The notes beneath the pieces were generated by a model, which worked only from the letters and a program-made list of their open reading frames with translations, did not search any database and was not told the DNA's origin. Made by a program: the position numbers and the translations under genes. Of a stretch of DNA of 43,119 nucleotides, positions 7,988 through 16,705 are shown piece after piece. How positions within the stretch are numbered: the stretch's first letter is position 1; the number at the start of each line of letters is the position of its first letter. The DNA is from Actinomycetota bacterium (GTDB taxonomy: Bacteria; Actinomycetota; Thermoleophilia; Gaiellales; Gaiellaceae), in contig JACDGR010000001.1 of NCBI GenBank assembly GCA_013821525.1, positions 1 to 43,119 on the forward strand. Direction: 5' to 3'.

Positions 7988-9166
7988 CTAGCTGTACGCG
8001 GTGACGCCAAGCAGCAGCGCGTGGCGCTTCTCGTTGTCGAACTCGATGCAACCCTCGGTGAGGTACTCGTTCTTCTTCGAGTCCTCGTCGTTGCCCTGAC
8101 GGCCGGGCAGGTACCGCGTGTCGCGCAGCGGGCGCCACTTCACGGCGTCCGTGTCGATCAGGAACGCCATGCCAGCGGGGCTCGAGACGTTGTTGCCGGA
8201 CGCCGTCTGCGCGTCCATCCAGTCACGCTTGACCACGATGTCGACACGCCCAGCGACCGAACCGCTGATGTACGAGTTGACGTTCGTGCCCCAGCTGCGC
8301 TGCTTCTCGTTGTCCGCCGGCGCGAGCTTCGCGAGCGGGAAGCTCGACAGTGCCGACGCGATCAGCGGCGAGCAGAACAGCACCTTGTTCGTGCCGCCAT
8401 ACCGGAACGCGCTGCGAAGGAACGTCTCGAACGTCTTCTGGTCGAGCGTCGACACCGACGTCGTCTTGTTCGTCGCGATGTAATCGATCGCGCCACCGGC
8501 GTACGCGACGGGCTGCGTGCCGGACGAGTCGTACGCGCGCTGACCGAAGAACGCCGTGTTCTCGAGCTGGCGGCGATGCTCGATGAACTTCTCCGCCTTC
8601 TCGTTCGTGTCGAGGTTCCCGCCGTACATCTCCGACGCGAGTGCCGTCTCCGTGAAGCCGAACGGGTCACGCTGGATCTGGCAGTAGTTCGACTGTGCGA
8701 TCTTCTTCGTCTGGATCAGCGTGCCGAGCGTCGCACCTTCGAGTGCGGCGTTGCCGATCTTGATCACGTCCGAGCCGGCCGCTGCGGTCGTGCCCTGCAG
8801 CGACAGTGCCCGGTTCACACCAGCGCTCACGCCGGTGATGCCGGTCACGACGACGTTCTCACCCGACGTCGAGAACCGCAGGACGTCACGCACGCGGAAC
8901 GGGTTCGACGTGAACGTCAGCGTCGACGTGCCACCGGTCGCCACTGCGGCGCTGACGGCGAGCGTGTCGATGATCGGCACGAGGTCGTCCTCGAGCCACT
9001 GCACGATCTGCGAGTGCGCCGGGCGACTCTTGATCTTCTGCAGGTAGTTCGTGAACTGCGAGACGTCATCCTGGAGGTTCTGGATAACGGGGTTCATGTC
9101 GACGACGCGCTGCGCCTGGGCGATGGTCGCGTCGGAGACGACACCCGTGAGGGTGGGGTTTGCCAT
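7988..9166 (-). CDS. Major capsid protein (HK97-fold type)
   Basis: 392 aa directly after the scaffold gene, with AGGAA 5-6 nt before the ATG. The sequence (…FTETALASEMYGGNLDTNEKAEKFIEHRRQLENTAFFGQ…VLFCSPLIASALS…AGMAFLIDTDAVKWRPLR…) resembles the HK97-fold capsid family found in SU10-like and other podoviruses. Recognition by eye only. Confidence 0.8.
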   Translation of the reverse strand: MANPTLTGVVSDATIAQAQRVVDMNPVIQNLQDDVSQFTNYLQKIKSRPAHSQIVQWLEDDLVPIIDTLAVSAAVATGGTSTLTFTSNPFRVRDVLRFSTSGENVVVTGITGVSAGVNRALSLQGTTAAAGSDVIKIGNAALEGATLGTLIQTKKIAQSNYCQIQRDPFGFTETALASEMYGGNLDTNEKAEKFIEHRRQLENTAFFGQRAYDSSGTQPVAYAGGAIDYIATNKTTSVSTLDQKTFETFLRSAFRYGGTNKVLFCSPLIASALSSFPLAKLAPADNEKQRSWGTNVNSYISGSVAGRVDIVVKRDWMDAQTASGNNVSSPAGMAFLIDTDAVKWRPLRDTRYLPGRQGNDEDSKKNEYLTEGCIEFDNEKRHALLLGVTAYS

Positions 9167-9302
9167 GGTGTTCCTGCTCTCTAGAAGGTGTTGTTGTGGT
9201 GCTCTTGCCTCTAGTGAGCGGCCCGCCTGATGGCCTCAGACAATGCGGGTTATCGCTCGTGCACCCGCCGTGTGGCGGGGTCGTGCGAACGTGCGTTGGT
9301 GG

Positions 9303-10211
9303 TTAGCTCATTCCCGGCTGTCCGGCGAGAACCTCATCGAGGAACGCCTGATCCTGCGCGCTCACACCACTCGAACCCGACGCCGTCGACCGTGTCTGCG
9401 TACGAGCCTTCGCACCAGCCGCCGGCTTCGCGGGTGCCTGCCCCGCGAGTGTCGCCGACTCCTGCGCCTCAAACTCCTCGAGACGAGCACGCGCGTACAA
9501 CGTCTTCACGTAGTCCGTCATCGCCTCGGGAGTCGCGAGACGCGGATCCCGATCATCGACCGGCCCCTGCGTGGTGTAGAGCTCCGCGATACGCGGCTGG
9601 TACTTCGCGAACTCCGGCAACTTCGACGCCTCTTTGAACGCGTCGACCGCCGTCTTGTGGTTCGTCTCCGCCTGGCGCGACTGCTGCTCCTGCTCCCACT
9701 GCGAACGCAACTGCTCGACCTGCTCACGCTCCGCCGTGACCGCGAGCTTCGCAGCGTACGAGTGTGCGTCCATCGGAGCGAACGTCGACCACAACTGGTA
9801 GATCTCGTTCTTGAGGTTCGGGTTCCACTTCGCGATCTCGTCGCTCATCGCCCACTCGAGCGTCTCCTGCGGGTTCGTGTACGTCGAGTTCGCGATCTGC
9901 TGGCGATCCGAATCGTCATACCCGACAGCGAACGACGCGAGCGGATCGTACGGCTCGGGCTGCTCGGCCTCGGGTTCGGGCTGCTGCTGGTACTGCGCGA
10001 GTTGCTGGCGTGCCTGTGTGTGCTCACGCTCGAGCTCCAGGTACGCCTTGATCGCGTCGTCGGTCGTCTTGAACTTCCCAGCGATCAACTCCTGCGGCGC
10101 TTCCGTCCCGACCGCACCATCGTCCGCGCCAGTCTCCTCGACGTCGGGCTCGGGGTCGGGTGGGTTGATCGCGTCGTTGATCGCCGCTTCGGTCTCGTCC
10201 AGGCTACTCAT
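9303..10211 (-). CDS. Scaffolding protein
   Basis: 302 aa, strongly acidic and Gln/Glu-rich with helical repeats. Located between the portal block and the major capsid gene. Confidence 0.65.
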   Translation of the reverse strand: MSSLDETEAAINDAINPPDPEPDVEETGADDGAVGTEAPQELIAGKFKTTDDAIKAYLELEREHTQARQQLAQYQQQPEPEAEQPEPYDPLASFAVGYDDSDRQQIANSTYTNPQETLEWAMSDEIAKWNPNLKNEIYQLWSTFAPMDAHSYAAKLAVTAEREQVEQLRSQWEQEQQSRQAETNHKTAVDAFKEASKLPEFAKYQPRIAELYTTQGPVDDRDPRLATPEAMTDYVKTLYARARLEEFEAQESATLAGQAPAKPAAGAKARTQTRSTASGSSGVSAQDQAFLDEVLAGQPGMS

Positions 10212-10447
10212 CGGCCTCTCCTGTGTGTCGACGCGCCCCTGGCAGCCCTCAAGCCTCGCAACTCACCAGTCAGCGTGATGTACTCCTCGAACGTCCTACC
10301 AGGCTTCTCCAACCCGGACAGGACAGCCTCTACCCGCGCGTCGACCAGACTCGAGAGCGCCGTGTAATCGGCGTTCTTCGCGAGACGATCGTGCAGTGCA
10401 GCGATCTCGTCCTGCTGCACGTTCTGCGCGGGGGCGTCAATGTTCAA
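10208..10447 (-). CDS. Hypothetical small protein (79 aa)
   Basis: ORF-track entry. TTG start overlaps the upstream TGA (TTGA), and the stop overlaps the scaffold ATG (ATGA). Confidence 0.5.
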   Translation of the reverse strand: MNIDAPAQNVQQDEIAALHDRLAKNADYTALSSLVDARVEAVLSGLEKPGRTFEEYITLTGELRGLRAARGASTHRRGR

Positions 10448-10938
10448 CCGACGCCCTTGACCTTCGGGTTCTTCTTCACCGCAGCGGCGAGCTCCGCGAG
10501 ATCCCGCTCGAGCGTCCCGGTGCGTTCCGGCCCGTTGATGATCGTCACCGGGTGCGGCTCACCATCCGCCGTCGTGTACTGGTAGACGCGGAAGTCACCC
10601 TCCTGCTCGTCCTTCCGGACGTACATATCGCCAGCGTCATCCACGACGTACAGCAGGTCGTGGCTGGCGAGCGTCGACGTCGTGCCGTCACGCGCACCAC
10701 CACGAAACGCGACGAGCGCGCTCCCTTTGCCGAGCTTCGCGGGTGTCTCTTTGCGCTCCTCGTGGGTGTGCTTCGCCTCCGCGTTCTCCTTCGGCGACAG
10801 TTTCGCCGGCTGCTTCGGGTCGAGCGGAGTCTTGCGTCGCGGTGCCGCCGCACTCGTCGTCTTCGCCGGGTCTGTCGGGTGGTTCGGCGCCGTCGCGTTC
10901 GCCTGCGCTGCGACGGTGCCTTTCGTCGTCTCGGTCAT
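10444..10938 (-). CDS. Hypothetical protein (164 aa), Lys/Pro/Thr-rich N-terminus
   Basis: ORF-track entry, ATGA-coupled to the upstream gene. Globular-looking C-terminal half (LLYVVDDAGDMYVRKDEQEGDFRVYQYTTADG...). Confidence 0.6.
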   Translation of the reverse strand: MTETTKGTVAAQANATAPNHPTDPAKTTSAAAPRRKTPLDPKQPAKLSPKENAEAKHTHEERKETPAKLGKGSALVAFRGGARDGTTSTLASHDLLYVVDDAGDMYVRKDEQEGDFRVYQYTTADGEPHPVTIINGPERTGTLERDLAELAAAVKKNPKVKGVG

Positions 10939-11237
10939 GCGGGTTCTCCGATCAGGAAACGGGTCTTGGACGGGTGGGGACGCGCCTCAGCGTCGATACC
11001 GAGGGCGGCCAGTCGAGCGGTCTCGGCACGCATCTCGCGGATCGAATCGTCCATCTCGCGGTGCAGCATCTGCAGGTGCGCAACGAGGCGCCACATCACG
11101 TCGCTGCCACCCTCGACGTGCAGCGGGTGACCACCGATCGTGTCGAGGTTCGAGTCGGCACGACGAATCAACCCGCACGTCGGGCACGACTCGCCAAACG
11201 CGAACGCACTCGTATCGCTGGGCTGCTGGAACGTCAC
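10935..11237 (-). CDS. Hypothetical protein (100 aa) with a CPTC pair
   Basis: ORF-track entry. GTG start overlaps the portal TGA (GTGA). Confidence 0.55.
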   Translation of the reverse strand: MTFQQPSDTSAFAFGESCPTCGLIRRADSNLDTIGGHPLHVEGGSDVMWRLVAHLQMLHREMDDSIREMRAETARLAALGIDAEARPHPSKTRFLIGEPA

Positions 11238-13045
11238 GCTGCCGGCCTCCCGAACGGGATAGAACTCGGCGCGCCAGCCCCCGAAGGGGTTGTTGGCACT
11301 GCGCCGAGCGGGACACCCTGACCAGGCTGAGTCGAGGCCAGTCCACCGCCCAGACCAGGGACACCCATCGGAGCCGGAGGCGGCGGCTCAACCAGCATCG
11401 CCTCCGGGTCAACATCATACGACTCGAAAAAATCCTCGAGGATCGCTTTCGCGTTCACGATCATCCCGAACTGCGGCAACGCCATCAGCCCAGCGATCGT
11501 CTGCAACATCAGGGACGCCTCTTGCCGGCGCTCCTGCCGGTTCAGCGACTCGTCCGCATCCTCAACCTCGTACGTACACCCGATGATGTCCTGGATCTGC
11601 AACGGCATCGGCTCACCATTCGGGCCGTACCCAGGCACGACATCAGGCGCGAGCTGCTCGTTCAACAACAGCTGGTGCTTCCCGATCTGGCGTTCCTGGT
11701 TCGCGAACTTCTGCTTCTTCATCAGGATCCGGCGTTGCGCCATCGACTGGATCGCCTTCACCGCCGTCGCCGTCTTCTGATCGATCGTGCTCGTCTCCGA
11801 CCCGGAAACGAACGGGTTCACGCCCGAGATCGTCTCCATGTCGCCCTTCAACACCTGCTCCTCATCGAGCGACGGTTTGAAGATCGAGGTGTTCGGCGAC
11901 CACGGCATCACCGCATCCGCAGGGTTGCCGTTCGTCAAGTTGACCGCGCCTGGCGCCCACGTCCACGCATCGGTGTCCTGCTCCGAATCACGCGCGAAGA
12001 ACGGGTTGTTGTTCACGAGCTCGACCTGATCGAGGCGCGCATTCTTGTTCCGCCAGAGCGCGACCTGGATGTCCGCGATCAACTCTGGCTCAGACTTGCC
12101 GTCGATGCGGAACAAGCGTGGTGTCGGCGCGACGAACGAGAACGGGATCTCCTTCCCGTTCAGCACGTACGGCGACAGCTGGTCGCGCATCACGATGGTC
12201 CGCGACGCGACGACCGTCAACTGGATTCCATCCCGGCGGTGCTGCCACCGCTCCCACACCTCGACAAGATCCTTCCGGTCGATATACCCCGGACGATCCG
12301 TCGTGCCGTTCCCACCGACGACGACGTCGTCGACGTTCTCGTAGAGGCCATCCGCCTGCATCGCCTTAAGGCTGGCTTTCGTCTCGTACGTGCGGTAGAA
12401 CAACGTCGTGATCGTGTCCGGGCTCGTTGCCGCCGGATCCCACATCACGTCCTTCATGTCGCACACCGTGATCGTCGGCCGATCAAAAACCTTCACGTCC
12501 TGCGCCTCCACGCTGCGCGCCGGCGTCGCCTGGCCGTAAACCGGCGTCAGAATGTTCTGCCGCACCTTCGCGAACTCGTACGCCCACGACGTCTTCACGC
12601 ACGACACACCCCGCTGCAGGGCTTGCAGATAGTTGCCCGCGATCTTCTCGTCGTAGTTATCCTCGCGCCGATCCTCGTTCAACTTGTTCTCGTACGCCTG
12701 CGCCTTGTCCTTCAACTCGGGCTTCCCACGCGGCGGCTTCACGCTCGCGATCGGCTTGTCGTCGAGCAGCATCGCGAGTTCAGCTTGGATCTTCTCGAAC
12801 ACGTACGGCGGGTGCAGCGACGATCGCCACTCACCAGCCTCATCCTGGCTGTTCGCTGCGAGGTGCCACGGCTCGAGCTTCCCGTCGTAGATGCGGTCAC
12901 ACTGGTCGTACCGCTCGCACCGCTCCCGATGCTTCTGCTCGGCCTTCGCGAGGTCACGCAGGAACTGGGGGAGCGCGTCCTGCATCGTCGACTCGCGGGT
13001 CGTGCTGGTCTGGCCGTGACCCAAGTCAGCGGCAGTCGTGCTCAC
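11234..13045 (-). CDS. Portal protein
   Basis: 603 aa, located two small genes downstream of TerL. Size, position and general sequence character (…QALQRGVSCVKTSWAYE…, acidic helical C-terminus) fit a portal. GTG start overlaps the upstream TGA. Confidence 0.8.
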   Translation of the reverse strand: MSTTAADLGHGQTSTTRESTMQDALPQFLRDLAKAEQKHRERCERYDQCDRIYDGKLEPWHLAANSQDEAGEWRSSLHPPYVFEKIQAELAMLLDDKPIASVKPPRGKPELKDKAQAYENKLNEDRREDNYDEKIAGNYLQALQRGVSCVKTSWAYEFAKVRQNILTPVYGQATPARSVEAQDVKVFDRPTITVCDMKDVMWDPAATSPDTITTLFYRTYETKASLKAMQADGLYENVDDVVVGGNGTTDRPGYIDRKDLVEVWERWQHRRDGIQLTVVASRTIVMRDQLSPYVLNGKEIPFSFVAPTPRLFRIDGKSEPELIADIQVALWRNKNARLDQVELVNNNPFFARDSEQDTDAWTWAPGAVNLTNGNPADAVMPWSPNTSIFKPSLDEEQVLKGDMETISGVNPFVSGSETSTIDQKTATAVKAIQSMAQRRILMKKQKFANQERQIGKHQLLLNEQLAPDVVPGYGPNGEPMPLQIQDIIGCTYEVEDADESLNRQERRQEASLMLQTIAGLMALPQFGMIVNAKAILEDFFESYDVDPEAMLVEPPPPAPMGVPGLGGGLASTQPGQGVPLGAVPTTPSGAGAPSSIPFGRPAA

Positions 13046-13350
13046 GCTCCGGGCATCCCCATCGTGTTCGGCGCGAGCGGCCCCGGACTCGTCTGCGCCT
13101 GCATCGCCGGATCATTCGGCTGACCGGCCAACAGTTGCCCGAGCATCTGCAGCGCCCCTGTCGCGGCCTGCTGCGCCTGCTCGTTCTGCTGCTGCAACCC
13201 AAACGCCGCAGCCGACAGCGCAGAAACCGGGTCACCCGCGCCAGCGCCACCCATCGGAGGCGCACCCATCGGAGGCGCACCCATGCCGGGCGGCGGCCCA
13301 CCCGGAGGCAACCCAGGCGGGCCCCCCATCATCGAAGGATCGACACTCAT
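13042..13350 (-). CDS. Gly/Pro/Met-rich low-complexity protein (102 aa)
   Basis: ATG at 13350 overlaps the upstream TGA (TGATG). MSVDPSMMGGPPGLPPGGPPPGMGAPPMGAPPMGGAGAG... is encoded partly by a 15-bp tandem repeat at 13248..13292. Confidence 0.55.
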   Translation of the reverse strand: MSVDPSMMGGPPGLPPGGPPPGMGAPPMGAPPMGGAGAGDPVSALSAAAFGLQQQNEQAQQAATGALQMLGQLLAGQPNDPAMQAQTSPGPLAPNTMGMPGA

Positions 13351-13535
13351 CAGTAGCCGACGACGAGAGTCTGAACATCCTTGATGTACGTCAGCGCCCA
13401 GTTCGCAGCGGTGATCGCACCCTGCAACTGGTTCGACTTCGCCGCGTTCGACGAGTTCGTCGCCTGCGGAGTCAGGTCCGCAATCACGGTCGTGATCGCG
13501 GAAAGAGCCGTGTTCGTATCGCCAGCAGTCGTCAT
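13350..13535 (-). CDS. Hypothetical small protein (61 aa)
   Basis: ORF-track entry. ATGA overlap with the TerL stop. Confidence 0.55.
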   Translation of the reverse strand: MTTAGDTNTALSAITTVIADLTPQATNSSNAAKSNQLQGAITAANWALTYIKDVQTLVVGY

Positions 13536-15211
13536 CGCTCGTCACTCCTAGGTCGTGGTGCGCGCCGCGTGATCGGATTCACGCGAGCGTGCTTCTTCGC
13601 CGGCAACCCGGCAGGACGGATCGGCCTCGTAGCCCGCAAGTTCCGGACATGCTGCGTGATCGCCATCGCCATCACCCTGTCGTCGTGCGCGCCGGTATCA
13701 GCCTCCGGGCGACCACGATCGTTCCACACAAACGTCCGCATCTCCCTGACGAGATCAGCGTCCCTGAACGCCCCAGGACGATCCCTAAGCGCTTCGGAGA
13801 GCGTCGCGAGCACCGTAGGCCTCGTCGTGCTCGACATCGGGTAGCCAAACGCTCCCGTCTCATCCAGGCTCGACGTCGAATCCTCGTCGAGGTGCGTGTA
13901 CAGGTTCGGGTACGCGTAGCGTTGGCGCAGCAGGATGATCGTTGCCGTGCCATACCCACCGTTCTTCTCAACGGCGAGATGCGCATCGTTGTAGAGGCGT
14001 CCGACCTGCGCGAGTTTGAGGGCGTACTCGTCTTCCGTCCACCCGACGCCGTGCAGGCTCGCGACGGTAACGCCGGTGTCGGTGTCGACGACGTACGCGC
14101 AGTACGCATCCGCCTTCGAACCGACAGGGCGTGCGTCGTGTTCGGCGAGGATCGTGGAGCCGGCGACGTCCGCACCGATCACGTACCGCCGACCAGGCTG
14201 CTTCGACTTCCAGATCCGCAGCGGCCCGTACGGGTTCTCAACGAACCGCAGCACACCACCACCCTTCACCGGCGCGCCGATGATCTCACCACGAAGCTTC
14301 GGCGCTTCGACGATCACCTGGTCGAGACCATGGAAGTACGGACGCCCAGACGACAGGAACGCTTCCTCAGGCGTCGCGGGGTATTCCTGGTGGAACATGT
14401 CGAGCGACCCGCCACACTCGTTCGCGATCGTGTGCCGACGCCACGCAAGTTGCGCGTCGGTGACGCCGATGCGCTCGAGCGCGACCTCGTCATCGTCGAG
14501 CTCGCCAAGCAGCTGGTGGTCGGCGAGTTGGTAGTCCTCGAACTCGTACCACGCGAAGAACAACGGCGTGTACTCGCTGCGTCCGTCGACGGCGCGCTGC
14601 CACTCCTCGTGGAACGTATCGCCTACACCATGGGCGGTCGACTCCAGGATGACGAACGTGCCGGGTTCGTTCGGGACGATCTGCCGGAGCGCGAGCAGCG
14701 TGGAGCGGGCGTCGGGCCAGAACGCAACCTCAGATGCGTGGATGGCTCGCGTGCCAGTTCCGCGACCAACTCCGCTGCGACCACCAGCGGTGAACGTGCG
14801 GAGGCTCGAGCCCGACGTGAACGCGATTCGCTTGCCACGGAGCCCCGTCTTCTTCTGCAGTTTGAGCGCCGGCGGCAGGTTGTCGTACATCTGCTCCGTC
14901 ATCCCATGCAGATACTCGGATGATTCGTCGAGGTGCGCACCGGTGATCGCAGAGAACCGCCTGGTGGTGAACGCGAAGTGCGCGAACGACGCCTGGATCA
15001 CCGTCGACACACCCATCCGTCGCGACTTCAGGATGATGATACGAACCGGCTGCTGAGCCCGCAGGCTTGAGACGATCTCTGCGCGGATGCGACGCTGCAC
15101 GCTGTTCGGCTCGAACACCACCATCTTCCCTGAGCGCCGATCCTCGATGCGCAGGAAACGCCGGTAGTTCTCGAATCGCAGCTTCTCCTGGAGCTCAGCG
15201 ATGGTCGCCAC
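13532..15211 (-). CDS. terL: Terminase large subunit
   Basis: 559 aa. Walker A-like LKSRRMGVST, Walker B/coupling IHASEVAFW. C-terminal RNaseH-like nuclease acidic residues (VIGADVAGS..., AYVVDTD, GAHDDRVMAMA). Confidence 0.9.
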   Translation of the reverse strand: MATIAELQEKLRFENYRRFLRIEDRRSGKMVVFEPNSVQRRIRAEIVSSLRAQQPVRIIILKSRRMGVSTVIQASFAHFAFTTRRFSAITGAHLDESSEYLHGMTEQMYDNLPPALKLQKKTGLRGKRIAFTSGSSLRTFTAGGRSGVGRGTGTRAIHASEVAFWPDARSTLLALRQIVPNEPGTFVILESTAHGVGDTFHEEWQRAVDGRSEYTPLFFAWYEFEDYQLADHQLLGELDDDEVALERIGVTDAQLAWRRHTIANECGGSLDMFHQEYPATPEEAFLSSGRPYFHGLDQVIVEAPKLRGEIIGAPVKGGGVLRFVENPYGPLRIWKSKQPGRRYVIGADVAGSTILAEHDARPVGSKADAYCAYVVDTDTGVTVASLHGVGWTEDEYALKLAQVGRLYNDAHLAVEKNGGYGTATIILLRQRYAYPNLYTHLDEDSTSSLDETGAFGYPMSSTTRPTVLATLSEALRDRPGAFRDADLVREMRTFVWNDRGRPEADTGAHDDRVMAMAITQHVRNLRATRPIRPAGLPAKKHARVNPITRRAPRPRSDER

Positions 15212-15296
15212 TAGATCGAGCCCCCATACGCCACGCTAAGCGCCTGCGACGACTCGACGAGTCCCCTAGTACCTACGAGTTTGCAGGCATTTCGCA

Positions 15297-15647
15297 TCAC
15301 GCGGCCTCGTCCGGCTCGCCAAGCAACAGACTATCGATCGCGATCGAACCACCATGCTCGACCTCCTTCGACTCGCGAAACTGACCCGCCCTCGTGCGCT
15401 CCAGCAACCACGCACCAGCACGCCAATCGTTCATCGCCGCACCACGCACCACGTTCACCAGGGATTCGGTGGCGACGTCCCTTGCCCGCGCCACGTCTGC
15501 TGCAAACTGCGCGTCGGACTCGATCCAGTCGTAGAACATGCGTTCGCTGATTCCGGCTGCGGCAGCTGCGTGGTGGTTGTAGTTGCCAAGCTCGATCGAC
15601 TTGAGGATCGCCGCCTGCACGGTTGGGGTTCGTTTTGTCTGGGCCAT
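15297..15647 (-). CDS. terS: Terminase small subunit candidate (HTH protein)
   Basis: Immediately upstream of terL. HTH-like GNYNHHAAAAAGISERMFYDWI. ATG 15647 (MAQTKR...) was chosen because the longest-ORF GTG at 15671 lies inside the 15662..15689 hairpin. Confidence 0.6.
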   Translation of the reverse strand: MAQTKRTPTVQAAILKSIELGNYNHHAAAAAGISERMFYDWIESDAQFAADVARARDVATESLVNVVRGAAMNDWRAGAWLLERTRAGQFRESKEVEHGGSIAIDSLLLGEPDEAA

Positions 15648-15661
15648 GAGTCCTAGAACGC

Positions 15662-15689
15662 CGAAAGCCACCTGGTGGGGTGGCTTTCG
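15662..15689 (-). terminator. Perfect 11-bp-stem hairpin (CGAAAGCCACC / GGTGGCTTTCG, 6-nt loop), terminator-like
   Basis: Read directly from the sequence. It lies after the stop of 15757..15987 and 14 nt before the terS ATG. The downstream U tract on the minus strand is weak (GCGUUCU). Confidence 0.55.
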
Positions 15690-15756
15690 TCTGGATCTGG
15701 GGATACCAGTCCGCTCGGTAGATTGGCACGTTTTTGGGGGGCTGTCAAGCGGGTTC

Positions 15757-15987
15757 CTAGCGAAACCTCAACTCGCCGCGTTCTTCTTTGTCGAGGAGTG
15801 CTTGGAGGGGGTCGGTGCCGGGTTGGGTTCCGCCGACGCCGCCGACGACGGGGATGCCGCGTAGGTGGTGTTTGCCGGCGGGGGTGGATGCGGAGACTTG
15901 CGCGGCGAGCTCGAGGTCGTCGGGTTCTTTGCCGCGGTTTTGGTTGCCGAGCATCTGGTGGGCGTAGTCGGAGAGGCTGGGGGTCAT
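15757..15987 (-). CDS. Hypothetical small protein (76 aa)
   Basis: Internal ATG 15987 (MTPSLSDYAHQMLGNQNRG...) overlaps the upstream TGA (ATGA). The rest of the track ORF is Arg/His/Pro-rich and looks off-frame. Confidence 0.55.
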   Translation of the reverse strand: MTPSLSDYAHQMLGNQNRGKEPDDLELAAQVSASTPAGKHHLRGIPVVGGVGGTQPGTDPLQALLDKEERGELRFR

Positions 15988-16568
15988 GCGGCCTTCTCTC
16001 CGAGTGTGTCGAGTAGGCGTTGGGCGAGGGTGTCCGCTGCCGGTGGCGCCGCCACTGGTTTCGCTTCGACGATGCCGATGCGTGAGATGCCGCGTTGGAT
16101 GCGTGCGAGCAATTCGGGTGGGCATCCGGTGCCGAGTGCGGGGTCGGATTCGACATCCCATGGCTTGTTGATCAGGATTCGCATGGCGCGTTCGATGTCG
16201 TCTTGCGCTACCCGGTTCGACCAGGTGGATGCGACCCAGACGCCGTAGGCGATCGCGTCGTCGTGTGTCCAGCCGCGCTCGTCGATGGGTGGGTATTTCG
16301 TGATGCGTGCTCGGTAGGCGTGTGCTGCGATCGTTGCGAGGTCGTTGAGCGTGTCGGCTGCGGGCTTCGTTCCTTTGCTGCGTTCTGCGTCCTTGAGGTG
16401 TGCGCCTTGCCGGATCATCGAGGTGAGGGCAGCAGGAGGGTTGTTTGCGTTCGTGGCTCGAGTTGCGACGCGCTCGAATCCTTTGGGGTTCTCGTCGTAG
16501 GCGATGAACATCTCGTTGCGTACGTTCGGGGAGAACTCGTAGTCCCGGATTAGTTCTTGAATCGACAT
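15984..16568 (-). CDS. Hypothetical protein (194 aa), first gene after the repeat-rich spacer
   Basis: ORF-track entry. GAAAGAG lies about 9 nt upstream of the ATG. No motif recognised. Confidence 0.65.
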   Translation of the reverse strand: MSIQELIRDYEFSPNVRNEMFIAYDENPKGFERVATRATNANNPPAALTSMIRQGAHLKDAERSKGTKPAADTLNDLATIAAHAYRARITKYPPIDERGWTHDDAIAYGVWVASTWSNRVAQDDIERAMRILINKPWDVESDPALGTGCPPELLARIQRGISRIGIVEAKPVAAPPAADTLAQRLLDTLGEKAA

Positions 16569-16634
16569 TTTGAAAAGCTCTTTCGATCGGGGGTCCCGGC
16601 TGGGTGGTTTCCGGTTAGGGATGTTTTGGGGCTG

Positions 16635-16690
16635 TCGATCGATCGATTTTTTGATATTTGGGGGAAGAGCTCTTGCTCTTAAAGCTCTTA
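16635..16690. promoter_or_regulatory. Low-GC spacer with short palindromes and GCTCTT repeats
   Basis: TCGATCGATCGA palindrome (16635..16646), T-rich tract ttttttgatattt, AAGAGCTCTT palindrome (16665..16674), and three GCTCTT copies at 16669, 16675 and 16684. Confidence 0.5.
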
Positions 16691-16705
16691 CTGGGTCGGG
16701 GCGGT

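Noticed and set aside
10682-13123. Very long alternative-frame ORFs, for example + 10682..13123 (813 aa), + 33652..36078 (808 aa), - 34934..36268 (444 aa), + 13589..14923 and + 5561..6895.
   Set aside because: They are Arg/Pro/Gly/Ala-dominated and low in complexity. They lie opposite to, or out of frame with, genes that have clear protein signatures (portal, TerL, glycosyltransferase, internal proteins). Open frames like these are expected by chance in GC-rich, stop-codon-poor DNA.
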